A stretch of DNA of 64,000 nt from Candidatus Bathyarchaeia archaeon (GTDB lineage Archaea > Thermoproteota > Bathyarchaeia > Hecatellales > Hecatellaceae). Below, piece after piece: positions 31,063 to 40,204 of this stretch; the first letter of the stretch is position 1, and every line of letters begins with the position of its first letter. The notes under the pieces were generated by a model. It worked only from the letters and a program-made list of their open reading frames with translations. It did not search any database and was not told the DNA's origin. The translations under genes were made by a program, and so were the position numbers. Location: positions 9,242-73,241 of the forward strand of contig JAVZMI010000002.1 in assembly GCA_038883335.1 (NCBI GenBank), written 5' to 3'.

Positions 31063-31227
31063 GAGATGACCGAATCCTTTTTCCCTCCTCTCATTACGTT
31101 TGGAAGCAAAGTGTAACCACGGCGTTCTAGGTAAGGCTGCCCGTTAGGGCATGAGAACCTTGGGAGAACAGATTTCAACACTCCGTACGTGGAGCGTCAG
31201 CCATAGCACATCCGTGGAGGTTCTTAC

Positions 31228-32673
31228 TTGTTAAAGACGAAGATAATTTGCACGATTGGGCCCTCAACTTTCTCTTACGAGAAGCTGCGCGCGTTAGTTG
31301 AGGCAGGTATGGATGTGGCCCGCCTCAACATGTCCCACGGAACACTCGACAGCCACAAAAAGATTATAAGTTTAGTTCGGGAGCTCTCATTGGAGCTAGG
31401 GAAACCTCTTGCCATACTTTTAGATCTACCCGGGCCTCGACTGAGGATAGGCAACTTCTCGGCTGGGTTCGTTCGCCTCCAGGACGGGGAAGAGTTTACA
31501 CTTACAGCCGACCAGGTCGACGGTGATGCGAGTCGGGTATCAATTAACTATCCTGACCTAGTCGACGAGGTTAGTGCAGGCGATGAAATCCACCTAGCCG
31601 ACGGAACGATCAAGCTTGGTGTTTCCGAGGTTAAAGGGTCTGATATACGCTGCAAGGTCTTAACGGGCGGCATACTCCACTCAGGTAAGGGAATGAATAT
31701 CCCGGGAAAGAGGCTTAACATACCAGCGATAACGAAGAAGGACATTGAAGGGATAGGGTTCGGAGCTGAGAATAAAGTTGACTTCGTAGCTTTATCCTTC
31801 GTTCAAACAGATGCGGATTTGAAAAAAGCCAGAGAACTTCTAACTGAGAAGGGGAGCCAGGCGGGTTTGGTGGCCAAGATCGAGCGTAAGATCGCAATCA
31901 AGAATCTCAAGAGGATACTTAGAGCCTCAGACGGCGTGATGGTCGCCCGTGGAGATTTGGGGGTTGAGACAGGCTTTGAGAATATCCCCCTCCTCCAAAA
32001 ACAGATAATACGTGCCTGTAATATGGCTGGGAAGCCTGTGATAACCGCCACCCAAATGTTAGTCTCGATGGTGACGAACCCTAACCCAACGAGGGCTGAG
32101 GTGAGTGATATAGCAAACGCCGTCATAGACGGAACTGACGCTTTAATGCTCTCAGAGGAGACTGCGGTTGGGATGTATCCGGTCGAGGCCGTTAAGGTCA
32201 TGGTTAGAGTTGCGAGGAATGCTGAGAGGAGTCTCCCCTATGCGCGGATTCTTACCGAGAGGAGGGAAGCTCTCAAGCGTACAATGGCTGGCATTATCAG
32301 TTACTCAGCATGCCAAATAGCCATGGATATAAACGCAAAAGCGATGGTCGTACCTACTAGGTCGGGCCTGAGTGCCTATAGGGTGTCCATGTGTAGACCT
32401 TCACAGCCCATCATCGCCTTAGTTAGAAATGAGACACTTCAGAGAAGGTTACTCTTATCTTGGGGGGTGAGACCCTACCTGCTGGATACTCATCTTCCCG
32501 GCGAAGTGCTTCCCCCTACGGTGGAGAGGTTGCTGGTTAGGGAGGTACCCCCGCAGGGACCTCAACATGTGGTTATCGTATACGGTGGATTGAAAACCAA
32601 GGTTGGCTCCACGAATAGTATAAATGTTCAAATTATAGGGCGTAAATCTCAGAGTCCACACTTAAAGGGTTGA
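31228..32673 (+). CDS. pyk: Pyruvate kinase
   Basis: TKIICTIGP, RLNMSHG, AKIE, MVARGDLGVE, TATQML and DGTDALMLSEETA motifs. Confidence 0.96.
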   Translation: MLKTKIICTIGPSTFSYEKLRALVEAGMDVARLNMSHGTLDSHKKIISLVRELSLELGKPLAILLDLPGPRLRIGNFSAGFVRLQDGEEFTLTADQVDGDASRVSINYPDLVDEVSAGDEIHLADGTIKLGVSEVKGSDIRCKVLTGGILHSGKGMNIPGKRLNIPAITKKDIEGIGFGAENKVDFVALSFVQTDADLKKARELLTEKGSQAGLVAKIERKIAIKNLKRILRASDGVMVARGDLGVETGFENIPLLQKQIIRACNMAGKPVITATQMLVSMVTNPNPTRAEVSDIANAVIDGTDALMLSEETAVGMYPVEAVKVMVRVARNAERSLPYARILTERREALKRTMAGIISYSACQIAMDINAKAMVVPTRSGLSAYRVSMCRPSQPIIALVRNETLQRRLLLSWGVRPYLLDTHLPGEVLPPTVERLLVREVPPQGPQHVVIVYGGLKTKVGSTNSINVQIIGRKSQSPHLKG

Positions 32674-32676
32674 GAA

Positions 32677-33282
32677 ATGTTAGAAGAGTATGCAATGCTT
32701 CCTGAGCCTCTCATGGCCCTTACAAGAGGTGTGGTCGCCTTATTCATAATAATGGACCCGCTGGGGAACATCCCCATATTTGTGGGTTTGACTACTGATT
32801 TAAACCTTGAAGAGCGGAGAAGAACCTTTCGTGTGGCTCTGATCGTATCATTCGCCCTACTGGTAGTATTCGCACTCACAGGCGACCGGCTGCTCTCTAT
32901 TTTCAACATCTCCCTAGACAGTTTCATGATAGCTGGGGGGATGCTGCTTCTGCTACTTGCTATGAAGATTCTAGTCTATGGCGGGTGGGAGGAGAAGAAA
33001 GTTGAGCCTGATAGCGTCGGAGCAGTCCCCATCGCTTGCCCGCTTTTGGTTGGCCCCGGAGCGATAGTTACCGTTATTATACTCCTCCAAAGCTCAGGGA
33101 TACTCATAACTTTCTCAGCAGTCATAATAGTCCTAATTATAACATGGCTCATCCTGCGGTACATTGGTTACATTTACCGTTTTCTGGGTAAGACTGGGTC
33201 TCTGGTTATTGCTAGGGTTATGGCCATCTTCATCGCTGCCATAGCGGTCGGCTACATCGTGGATGGATTGTCTACCATATGA
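32677..33282 (+). CDS. MarC family membrane protein
   Basis: LFIIMDPLGNIPIF, IAGG and VPIACPLLVGPGAI motifs. Confidence 0.92.
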   Translation: MLEEYAMLPEPLMALTRGVVALFIIMDPLGNIPIFVGLTTDLNLEERRRTFRVALIVSFALLVVFALTGDRLLSIFNISLDSFMIAGGMLLLLLAMKILVYGGWEEKKVEPDSVGAVPIACPLLVGPGAIVTVIILLQSSGILITFSAVIIVLIITWLILRYIGYIYRFLGKTGSLVIARVMAIFIAAIAVGYIVDGLSTI

Positions 33283-33482
33283 CGCAGACTTGCTGCTAAG
33301 TTTACTCGCCACAGAAGACAAGAAGCTGTAAATTTTACAAGCTTAGCTGTCGAATTTAAGCAACTCACGCTTGTTTTTTAGGCTCTAAACATTTTCTAAA
33401 GCTGTTTTTCGGCTAATTTTTCTATAATAAAACGTATTAGTTGTAAAATATAATAAAGCTTAAAGCTCGGAGGTGAAAGCTT

Positions 33483-33611
33483 ACGGGAGACACGCCGAAA
33501 GCTGGGGAGATTAAGGTCGTCGAGAGGAAGGGACGGAGAATTACGATGGTGGCCACTGGCAAGAAAGGGTTTGGAGCTTGGAAGATAATCAGGAATGAGT
33601 CTATATCCTAA
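33483..33611 (+). CDS. Putative 42-aa basic micro-protein with non-canonical start (ACG 33483 or CTT 33480)
   Basis: (M)GDTPKAGEIKVVERKGRRITMVATGKKGFGAWKIIRNESIS; GGAGGTG ribosome-binding site at 33469-33475, AT-rich promoter-like region upstream and a T-tract downstream. Confidence 0.5.
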   Translation, partial: TGDTPKAGEIKVVERKGRRITMVATGKKGFGAWKIIRNESIS

Positions 33612-33766
33612 CGGCTCGATTGATCTGCTCTATTCTAGTCTCGATTTTTTTTATATCATCTAGCACTCAACCACTTCAATAGCACGCTTGTAATCTAGTC
33701 TACATACCTGCCAGCATGCCGGATGCTTTAGGGTAATTCCGGATGGCATAAGCATTCCAAGTGCAA

Positions 33767-34834
33767 TCAAACCTTGAGAATTGCACGATCCCCCACAATA
33801 AATCTAAATCCCTTAGGTAAACACTCAGCGTCATGGGTTATCTCGGAGTGTTTCCCTATCAGGCTATCGACAATTCTTCCTTTGCATGCGATGAACACGT
33901 CGTCCATGATTATGGAGTTCTCAACCTCAGCATCCCTAATGGTAACATTATTGCCTATAGAAGTGTAAGGCCCAATGTAGGCGTTGGGGCCGATCTCGCA
34001 CCCCTCGCCGATTATAGCCGGCCCCCTTATATGCGTGCCACTCAGAATTTTAGTTCCCGCCCCAATGCCGACATTCCCAGTCAGAGACGCATTTTTCTCT
34101 ACAACGCCATAATTGAAGCCCTCCAGATCAAAAAGCACTAGCTGGTTAGCTTCGAGTATATCCTCCGGCCTTCCTGTATCCTTCCACCATCCCCGCACGA
34201 CATGAGCATGAACATCCCCGCCCAGGTCTATCAACTGTTGTATAGCGTCAGTTATCTCTAGCTCGTTCCTCCAAGAGACTTTAATCCTTTTTATAGCATC
34301 GAAGATCTTCGAGGTGAAGAAATAAACACCCACAAGTGCGAAGTTACTCCTAGGCTCCCTAGGTTTCTCCACCAACCTTACAGGCTTCCCGTCTACTATC
34401 TCAACTACACCAAACCTCTCAGGGGCATTCACCTGAGCTACCGCGATGAGCGCATCGCATCTTGAACCTTTAAACTCATTCACAAGGTAGCTTATACCGT
34501 TCTTTAGGAGGTTATCGCCAAGGTACATCACGAAAGGCTCGTCGCCGAGAAAATCCTTAGATATCAAAGCTGCGTGGGCTAGACCCTTAGGTTCAGGTTG
34601 CTCTATATATGTGACTTTGACTCCAAACTTTGAGCCATCACCAACCGCCTCCAAGATGCCCTCCTTCACAGGGCCTAAAACTATCCCTATCTCACTTATC
34701 CCCGCATCTTTGAGGTGGCCTAAACCATAGAAGAGCATAGGTTTGTTCGCTATTGGAATCATATGTTTATTGCCGGTGTAAGTTAAGGGTCTAAGCCTAG
34801 TGCCGTAGCCTCCGGCTAATAGTAAGCCCTTCAT
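33767..34834 (-). CDS. rmlA: Glucose-1-phosphate thymidylyltransferase (long form)
   Basis: LAGGYGTRLRPLT, QPEPKGLAHA, YLGDN, ELEITDA and WWKDTG motifs; C-terminal hexapeptide repeats. Confidence 0.93.
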   Translation of the reverse strand: MKGLLLAGGYGTRLRPLTYTGNKHMIPIANKPMLFYGLGHLKDAGISEIGIVLGPVKEGILEAVGDGSKFGVKVTYIEQPEPKGLAHAALISKDFLGDEPFVMYLGDNLLKNGISYLVNEFKGSRCDALIAVAQVNAPERFGVVEIVDGKPVRLVEKPREPRSNFALVGVYFFTSKIFDAIKRIKVSWRNELEITDAIQQLIDLGGDVHAHVVRGWWKDTGRPEDILEANQLVLFDLEGFNYGVVEKNASLTGNVGIGAGTKILSGTHIRGPAIIGEGCEIGPNAYIGPYTSIGNNVTIRDAEVENSIIMDDVFIACKGRIVDSLIGKHSEITHDAECLPKGFRFIVGDRAILKV

Positions 34835-35721
34835 AACCCCCCTCTAACCTCCTCCTCCCTCATTTGAGTGAGGGCCTGACTTAGATTGAAGTTTTTCAAC
34901 TTAAGCTCGCTAGTAAACTTTCCTATATTAAGCGACGAGTCTCTCGGCCTCCTCGCTTTCCAACCTAACAAGCTAGAGGGTACAGGCCGGATAAGATTTC
35001 TATTCAGTCCAAAAATTTCGGATACAGTTATAGCCATCTGGTATCTGCTCGCCCTCTCAGATCCAGCCACGTGGAATATGCCGGTTAACCGCTTATCAGC
35101 GATCTCCATAATCAACCTAGCCAAGTCGGTATTAAAAGTTGGTGAGACGTACTGGTCGGTTGCAATGTTCAGAACATGCCCCGACCTCAACCCATTTATC
35201 ACCCACGTAGCAAAGTTAAGTTTAGCCCCGATCCCCCAACCAAACAACGCGCTGGTTCTCACTATACACCAGTCTCTGGCTAGGTTCCTCACCTTCTCTT
35301 CTCCGAGAAGTTTAGTATAACCATAGAAGTTGATAGGGTTTGGAGGGTCGCTCTCAATATACATACCTTTCTCGCCATCGAACACGTAGTCTGTTGATAC
35401 ATGGAGAAAGTATGCCCTGACCTGTGAGGCGGCTTCGGAGATGTAGCCCACCGCATTGGCATTGACTTCCAATGCGACGTTTTTTTCAACCTCACATTTA
35501 TCCACATCGGTGAAAGCAGCAGTGTTTATAATCACCTCAGGGTTTACCTTGCGTATGGTTTGCAACACCAGTCTCTTGTCTGTGACATCCAGCAGTAGGG
35601 GTTTAGGCGCTCCTGCTATGGGTGTTCTAGCGGCTGCATAGACGTCGCAACCTCTCATCACGGCCTCCTTTAAGACTTTCGCGCCCAGGAGACCTCCTGC
35701 GCCGATGATGAGGATCTTCAA
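34831..35721 (-). CDS. rmlD: dTDP-4-dehydrorhamnose reductase
   Basis: GAGGLLG, AAFTDVDKCE, STDYVFDG, YGYTKLLGE and RPRDSSL motifs. Confidence 0.93.
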   Translation of the reverse strand: MKILIIGAGGLLGAKVLKEAVMRGCDVYAAARTPIAGAPKPLLLDVTDKRLVLQTIRKVNPEVIINTAAFTDVDKCEVEKNVALEVNANAVGYISEAASQVRAYFLHVSTDYVFDGEKGMYIESDPPNPINFYGYTKLLGEEKVRNLARDWCIVRTSALFGWGIGAKLNFATWVINGLRSGHVLNIATDQYVSPTFNTDLARLIMEIADKRLTGIFHVAGSERASRYQMAITVSEIFGLNRNLIRPVPSSLLGWKARRPRDSSLNIGKFTSELKLKNFNLSQALTQMREEEVRGGL

Positions 35722-35754
35722 TTTGAATCCGCTGGTGACAACCAGATTTAGGTT

Positions 35755-36207
35755 TCACGTCCAATTGTATGGAATCTTGTCTGAGTTGTAGGGAAGCCTC
35801 TCCTCGTCTGGGTTCGCATAGTCGTAGAGTTTCGTTGGCATGTTGATTAGGATTGCAGGCTTGTCCCCTATTACCTTGAAGCCATGCCAACAATCTCCCG
35901 GTATTCTCAATAGCATCGGTTTATCTTCACCTATAAGGAACTCGTTTATCATTCCGCATGTAGGGGAGCCTTCTCTGTCATCATAGATAGCTACTTTAAT
36001 GCGGCCCGAGGGTACCGTGAAAAAGTCTATCTGCCCCCTGAGGTGCCTGTGCCATGCGCGTATCACACCTGGATGGCTCTTTGAGAAGTATGCCATCTTA
36101 ACATCCTCATATATATCCCAGTCCTCCCGTATAATCTCGCAGAGTAGCCCCCTCTCGTCTATATGCTCCTCAAGCTCTCTGACCATTACTCCCTTGATTA
36201 GCTTCAT
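35755..36207 (-). CDS. rmlC: dTDP-4-dehydrorhamnose 3,5-epimerase family
   Basis: DERG, PGVIRAWHRH, DDREGSPT and WHGF motifs. Confidence 0.9.
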   Translation of the reverse strand: MKLIKGVMVRELEEHIDERGLLCEIIREDWDIYEDVKMAYFSKSHPGVIRAWHRHLRGQIDFFTVPSGRIKVAIYDDREGSPTCGMINEFLIGEDKPMLLRIPGDCWHGFKVIGDKPAILINMPTKLYDYANPDEERLPYNSDKIPYNWT

Positions 36208-36316
36208 CCAACCACCTCTAGGTTAGTTATAACGCTTAACAAGTGTATATGCAGTTTTCTACGTGTCAGCTCCACTCGCTGGCTGAGAAGCCACCCGCTG
36301 ACTCCGCGTGACCTAT

Positions 36317-37309
36317 TCACTTTAGGAGTTGCGTATAGATGCACGCTACTTTCTCAATGATCTGTGAGGGGTTATGGTAGGCGTGGATATACTTCTCCTG
36401 AGCCTCCGCCACTCTCTCCCTCACTGGGGGATCAACTAGAAGGGTGAGCCCCTCCACAACTCCTTCTTCACCTTCAACGCTTACAACTGGTGGTGGGGGT
36501 GGCACGCCGTTCCTACCGTATAGGGAGTTGTCTATGGATTGGAGGACTGGTCTATGGCAGGCCATTGCCTCGAGCGATGTCATATGGAGGTAAGGCAGAC
36601 GGAAATCCGTTGCAACTACATCTACATGGTGATAGAGGCTGGCCATCTCTTCGTGTGGACGTCTAGGGTGTACTCTACACTTTACATTTAGGCTTTTTAG
36701 TAGAGAGAGCAACTGCCATCGCTCATTACCGTAATCTATAACCTCTACCGCGCAGTTGGGGTGGTTGCGTTGAAATTTTGCAAACCCTTTCAGAAAGATG
36801 TCTGCGCCCCTCATGGTACTTAGGCTCGACGCAAGCAGGACTCTAAACCTATCCGTCTGGGGTAGGGGGGCTGGCTTGAAGAGGTGGAGGTTTACTGGGT
36901 TAGGGAGATACTCGGCATCTTCCCTGAAGTACTTGGCAACTTTGATTATGTCAGGGACTGAGACCAGTATTCTGTCGGCGGTTTTCAGGTTCTTTTTCAC
37001 GATCCAGCCGAGTCTAGTATTGAGCGTATATCTTAGATCGGAGCCGTGGAACTGGCAGACTGTAGGTTGCCTCTTCAACATTTTCACAAGGTAGTGATCT
37101 TGGAGACCGTAGTGGACGTGGAAGATCTCGGCCTTCGTGAATAGAATTTTGAACAATATACCTAAGGTCTTCGAGTATAAACCTCGAGTCCTCCGTTTGT
37201 GAGTATACTTGATCCATGGCGGCGCATATTTTATAAGCGTCTCACCGACGTAGGCGCAATCGCCAACCATCGCGACGGAGAGCGGCTCAGTTCTCATCAT
37301 CCCGACCAA
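36317..37309 (-). CDS. Glycosyltransferase, GT4 family
   Basis: HVHY, FHGSDLR, LPNPVN and SLEAMAC motifs. Confidence 0.85.
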   Translation of the reverse strand: MVGMMRTEPLSVAMVGDCAYVGETLIKYAPPWIKYTHKRRTRGLYSKTLGILFKILFTKAEIFHVHYGLQDHYLVKMLKRQPTVCQFHGSDLRYTLNTRLGWIVKKNLKTADRILVSVPDIIKVAKYFREDAEYLPNPVNLHLFKPAPLPQTDRFRVLLASSLSTMRGADIFLKGFAKFQRNHPNCAVEVIDYGNERWQLLSLLKSLNVKCRVHPRRPHEEMASLYHHVDVVATDFRLPYLHMTSLEAMACHRPVLQSIDNSLYGRNGVPPPPPVVSVEGEEGVVEGLTLLVDPPVRERVAEAQEKYIHAYHNPSQIIEKVACIYTQLLK

Positions 37310-37425
37310 TCAACTCTGTCTAGACATTGTCAAGCTGGCAGTTATAATTATGGCTTCTCAGCGATCACAGATTTGCGTCATAATTTAATTTAACTTGCCG
37401 CTATTTTTTATGTTGAGGTAGAGGT

Positions 37426-38157
37426 ATGGCGGAGGTGAAAGCCCCTCCCAACACTCGAGGGTTAGTGTCGATAATAATTCCAGTCCATAATAAGGTCAAG
37501 GCTGAGAGGTGCCTCCGCGAGATTGAGAGGCAAACATACCCAAATATAGAGGTCATCACGGTAGAGTTCAAGGGTTTCCCTGCTGAGAAGAGGAACTACG
37601 GCTTCCGAAAGAGCCGAGGGGAGTATGTGTATTTCCTAGATGAGGACGAATATTTAAGCCCCACGGTGGTTGAAGAGTGCGTGGCTAAAGCTATGGAAAG
37701 CTACGACGTAGTGGCGGTGCCAGTCGTCAAGAAGCCAACTAAATCATATATGGCAAACAGTATCTCTATCATTAGGGAGAGCACCTTCAAGACTATGTTC
37801 TTCAAGAGAAGAGTGCTAGAAGATATAGGACTCTTCGACCCCTCCTTCACCCTATGCGACGACCTAGAACTCTTGGAGCGTGCGAGAGGAGCTGGCTACA
37901 AGATGGCCGCAATATCGAAGGGATACTTAATCCACGATGAGGAGGTCGGGTTGAAGGATGTAGTCTACAAGACACTTGCCTCACGTAGGGCTTTCAGAGG
38001 GCTGAAGAAGAAATATGGAAAGGCAAAATTTAACCAGATAGTAAGACCGGTCTTCCACAGGAAGAGAATCTTCAGAGAAATCCTCAGAAGACCTAAATAC
38101 ATTGTAGGTGTTCTCCTCACGATGTACATACGCTTCATCACTAGAAGACTACCGTAG
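37426..38157 (+). CDS. Glycosyltransferase, GT2 family
   Basis: VSIIIPVHN, QTYPNIE, RNYG, FLDED and GLFD...DDLEL motifs. Confidence 0.88.
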   Translation: MAEVKAPPNTRGLVSIIIPVHNKVKAERCLREIERQTYPNIEVITVEFKGFPAEKRNYGFRKSRGEYVYFLDEDEYLSPTVVEECVAKAMESYDVVAVPVVKKPTKSYMANSISIIRESTFKTMFFKRRVLEDIGLFDPSFTLCDDLELLERARGAGYKMAAISKGYLIHDEEVGLKDVVYKTLASRRAFRGLKKKYGKAKFNQIVRPVFHRKRIFREILRRPKYIVGVLLTMYIRFITRRLP

Positions 38158-38178
38158 AACTTAGGTGGCTGTGAATCT

Positions 38179-39033
38179 TTGAAGAAAGAGACAGGGCGAT
38201 CCCCAACAAATTTGGCATGCTCCGTTGTCGTGATAGCACGTAACGCAGAAGCTACATTAGAGGCTTGCCTAAGGTCGATTAAGAAACAGAGCCGATATCC
38301 GGACGAAATTATAGTAGTTGACAACGGCTCTACCGACTCGACATCCAAGGTTGCTACCAGAATGGAGGTTAGGGTCATAAGCGAGCCGAGGCGTGGGAGG
38401 GCTAGGGCTAGAAACGCCGGGATAAAGGCGGCGAGAGGTGATTTGATCGTCTTCATTGATTCTGACGCGGTGGCAGATGAGAGCTGGTTGGTAAATCTTT
38501 TAAAATATCAGGGTTTAGAAGATGAGAGAGTTGCAGGGGTTGCGGGTAACATTCTCGCTAGCAACCGGCAAAAAAGGATTCCGAGGTTGCTAGATCTCGT
38601 CGTTGCCAACTGTCCACACTATGGTACTGGGAATATTCTTTACTTTAAGAGGGTTCTAGAGGAGACCGGAGGCTTTGATGAAAGACTTGGGGCTGCCGAA
38701 GATGTGGAGTTGGCTTGGAGAATAATCCGTAGAGGGTATACATTAGGGTTCGAGCCTAGGGCAGTGGTTTACCACAACCACCCTGAGAGACTATACAGCT
38801 TTGTAAGGCAGCAGTTCAACTTCGGGCGTTGGTCAATATTCGCAAGAGAAATCTCTCAGATGCCCCGCTTGAAGACGAAGCTCCTAATACCTTTCGCGCC
38901 ACTAACCTTTTTTAAACATCTACCCCAAGCTAGAAAACATCCACTCCTACCCATCCTGCTAACCTCGGCCTCTATAAGCTACGCCCTAGGAACTTTGACT
39001 GGGCTACTTAGAGGCCCACCTGACCTACCATGA
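38179..39033 (+). CDS. Glycosyltransferase, GT2 family
   Basis: VVDNGSTD, ARNAG, FIDSD and GGFDE...EDVEL motifs. Confidence 0.9.
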   Translation: MKKETGRSPTNLACSVVVIARNAEATLEACLRSIKKQSRYPDEIIVVDNGSTDSTSKVATRMEVRVISEPRRGRARARNAGIKAARGDLIVFIDSDAVADESWLVNLLKYQGLEDERVAGVAGNILASNRQKRIPRLLDLVVANCPHYGTGNILYFKRVLEETGGFDERLGAAEDVELAWRIIRRGYTLGFEPRAVVYHNHPERLYSFVRQQFNFGRWSIFAREISQMPRLKTKLLIPFAPLTFFKHLPQARKHPLLPILLTSASISYALGTLTGLLRGPPDLP

Positions 39034-39067
39034 GAAGTCTAGGAACTATTAAAGAGCGTTTGAAGAG

Positions 39068-40204
39068 ATGAAAATCGGAGTTATACACCGGAATGTGGCT
39101 ACCACTAAAGGCCTTGTCGGTGGAGGTGATGTATTTCTCGTCTACCTTTTGAGGGCTCTCAAGGAGAAAGGCCACACCGTAACTCTGTTGACCACCAAGC
39201 CGACCAGATGGGATGTAATCGAGAGGGATCTCGGATGGGTCTTTAAGCCTGATGTGGAGGGTCGGAGTTCTCTGCTACCCAGCCTTGAGGTGGCTGGCTT
39301 ATACAGGCAGTTCCTCCCTCCTCTACCAGTGCTGTGGTTGAAGCATAAATGCGACGTAACTTTTGACTCTTATGGACGCAACCTCTTCTGGAACACTGAC
39401 ATAATTTACATACATACCCCTCCAACCAGAGAGGAACTCTCCACCAAGTATAACAGGAACAACCTCACCAAAACATACTATAACATTTACCGAGCTATCG
39501 CGGGGCGGTTGAAGCGGGGACTCAAAACTCGGATTCTCACGAACAGCGAATACTCGAAGGAAATAATCTCAGCTACCACTGGGTTGGAAGCCAGAGTAGT
39601 CTACCCCCCTGTAGATGTCAAGCTCTATAGGGCGCTGATCAATTGCGACGGTCTTAGGAAGAACTGGGTTGCCACAGTCTCCCGTTTCACGGCGGAGAAG
39701 AGACTTGAACTTATCCCCGAGATAGCTGAACGTGTAAGGGACGCGGTTTTTCACATAGTAGGCACCACCCCCTCTAAGCAGACATCCAGCACCGTCATCG
39801 AGTCTATAAAGAAAAGAAGCCAAGAGTTGGGAGTGACTGGCAGGGTTAAACTCCACATCAACACATCTTTCGACGAGAAGATGGCTGTGTTGGCAGCTTC
39901 AAAGGTCTATCTTCACACAACAAGAGACGAACATTTTGGAATGGCGATCGCCGAGGCGATGAGCGGAGGACTCGCCCCCATAGTGCCAGACGAAGGAGGG
40001 CAGAAGGAGATCGTGCCCTGCAAGGACTTCACATACAGAAACCTGGAGGAGGCGGCTCAGAAGGTTGAATACTGGTTGAATAATTGGAGTAGAGAGTCCG
40101 CGCTCTACTTCGCCAAATCAGCAGAGAGGTTCAGCTTTGAGAGGTTCAGAGAGGAGATCGACAGCATCATCCGCGAGGTTGCAACCTCAAAACTCAGAGG
40201 TTGA
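39068..40204 (+). CDS. Glycosyltransferase, GT4 family (Alg11-like)
   Basis: GGGD, YIHTP, TNSEYS, VVYPPVD, SRFTAEKR and LHTTRDEHFGMAIAEAM motifs. Confidence 0.85.
   Translation: MKIGVIHRNVATTKGLVGGGDVFLVYLLRALKEKGHTVTLLTTKPTRWDVIERDLGWVFKPDVEGRSSLLPSLEVAGLYRQFLPPLPVLWLKHKCDVTFDSYGRNLFWNTDIIYIHTPPTREELSTKYNRNNLTKTYYNIYRAIAGRLKRGLKTRILTNSEYSKEIISATTGLEARVVYPPVDVKLYRALINCDGLRKNWVATVSRFTAEKRLELIPEIAERVRDAVFHIVGTTPSKQTSSTVIESIKKRSQELGVTGRVKLHINTSFDEKMAVLAASKVYLHTTRDEHFGMAIAEAMSGGLAPIVPDEGGQKEIVPCKDFTYRNLEEAAQKVEYWLNNWSRESALYFAKSAERFSFERFREEIDSIIREVATSKLRG

Noticed and set aside
31063..31227. tRNA expected downstream of rps10
   Set aside because: No cloverleaf or T-loop GTTC(G/A)A visible.
36261..36309. 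H/ACA sRNA interpretation on the minus strand (stem followed by ACA)
   Set aside because: No K-turn or K-loop, and the 5' pocket is only 3 nt.
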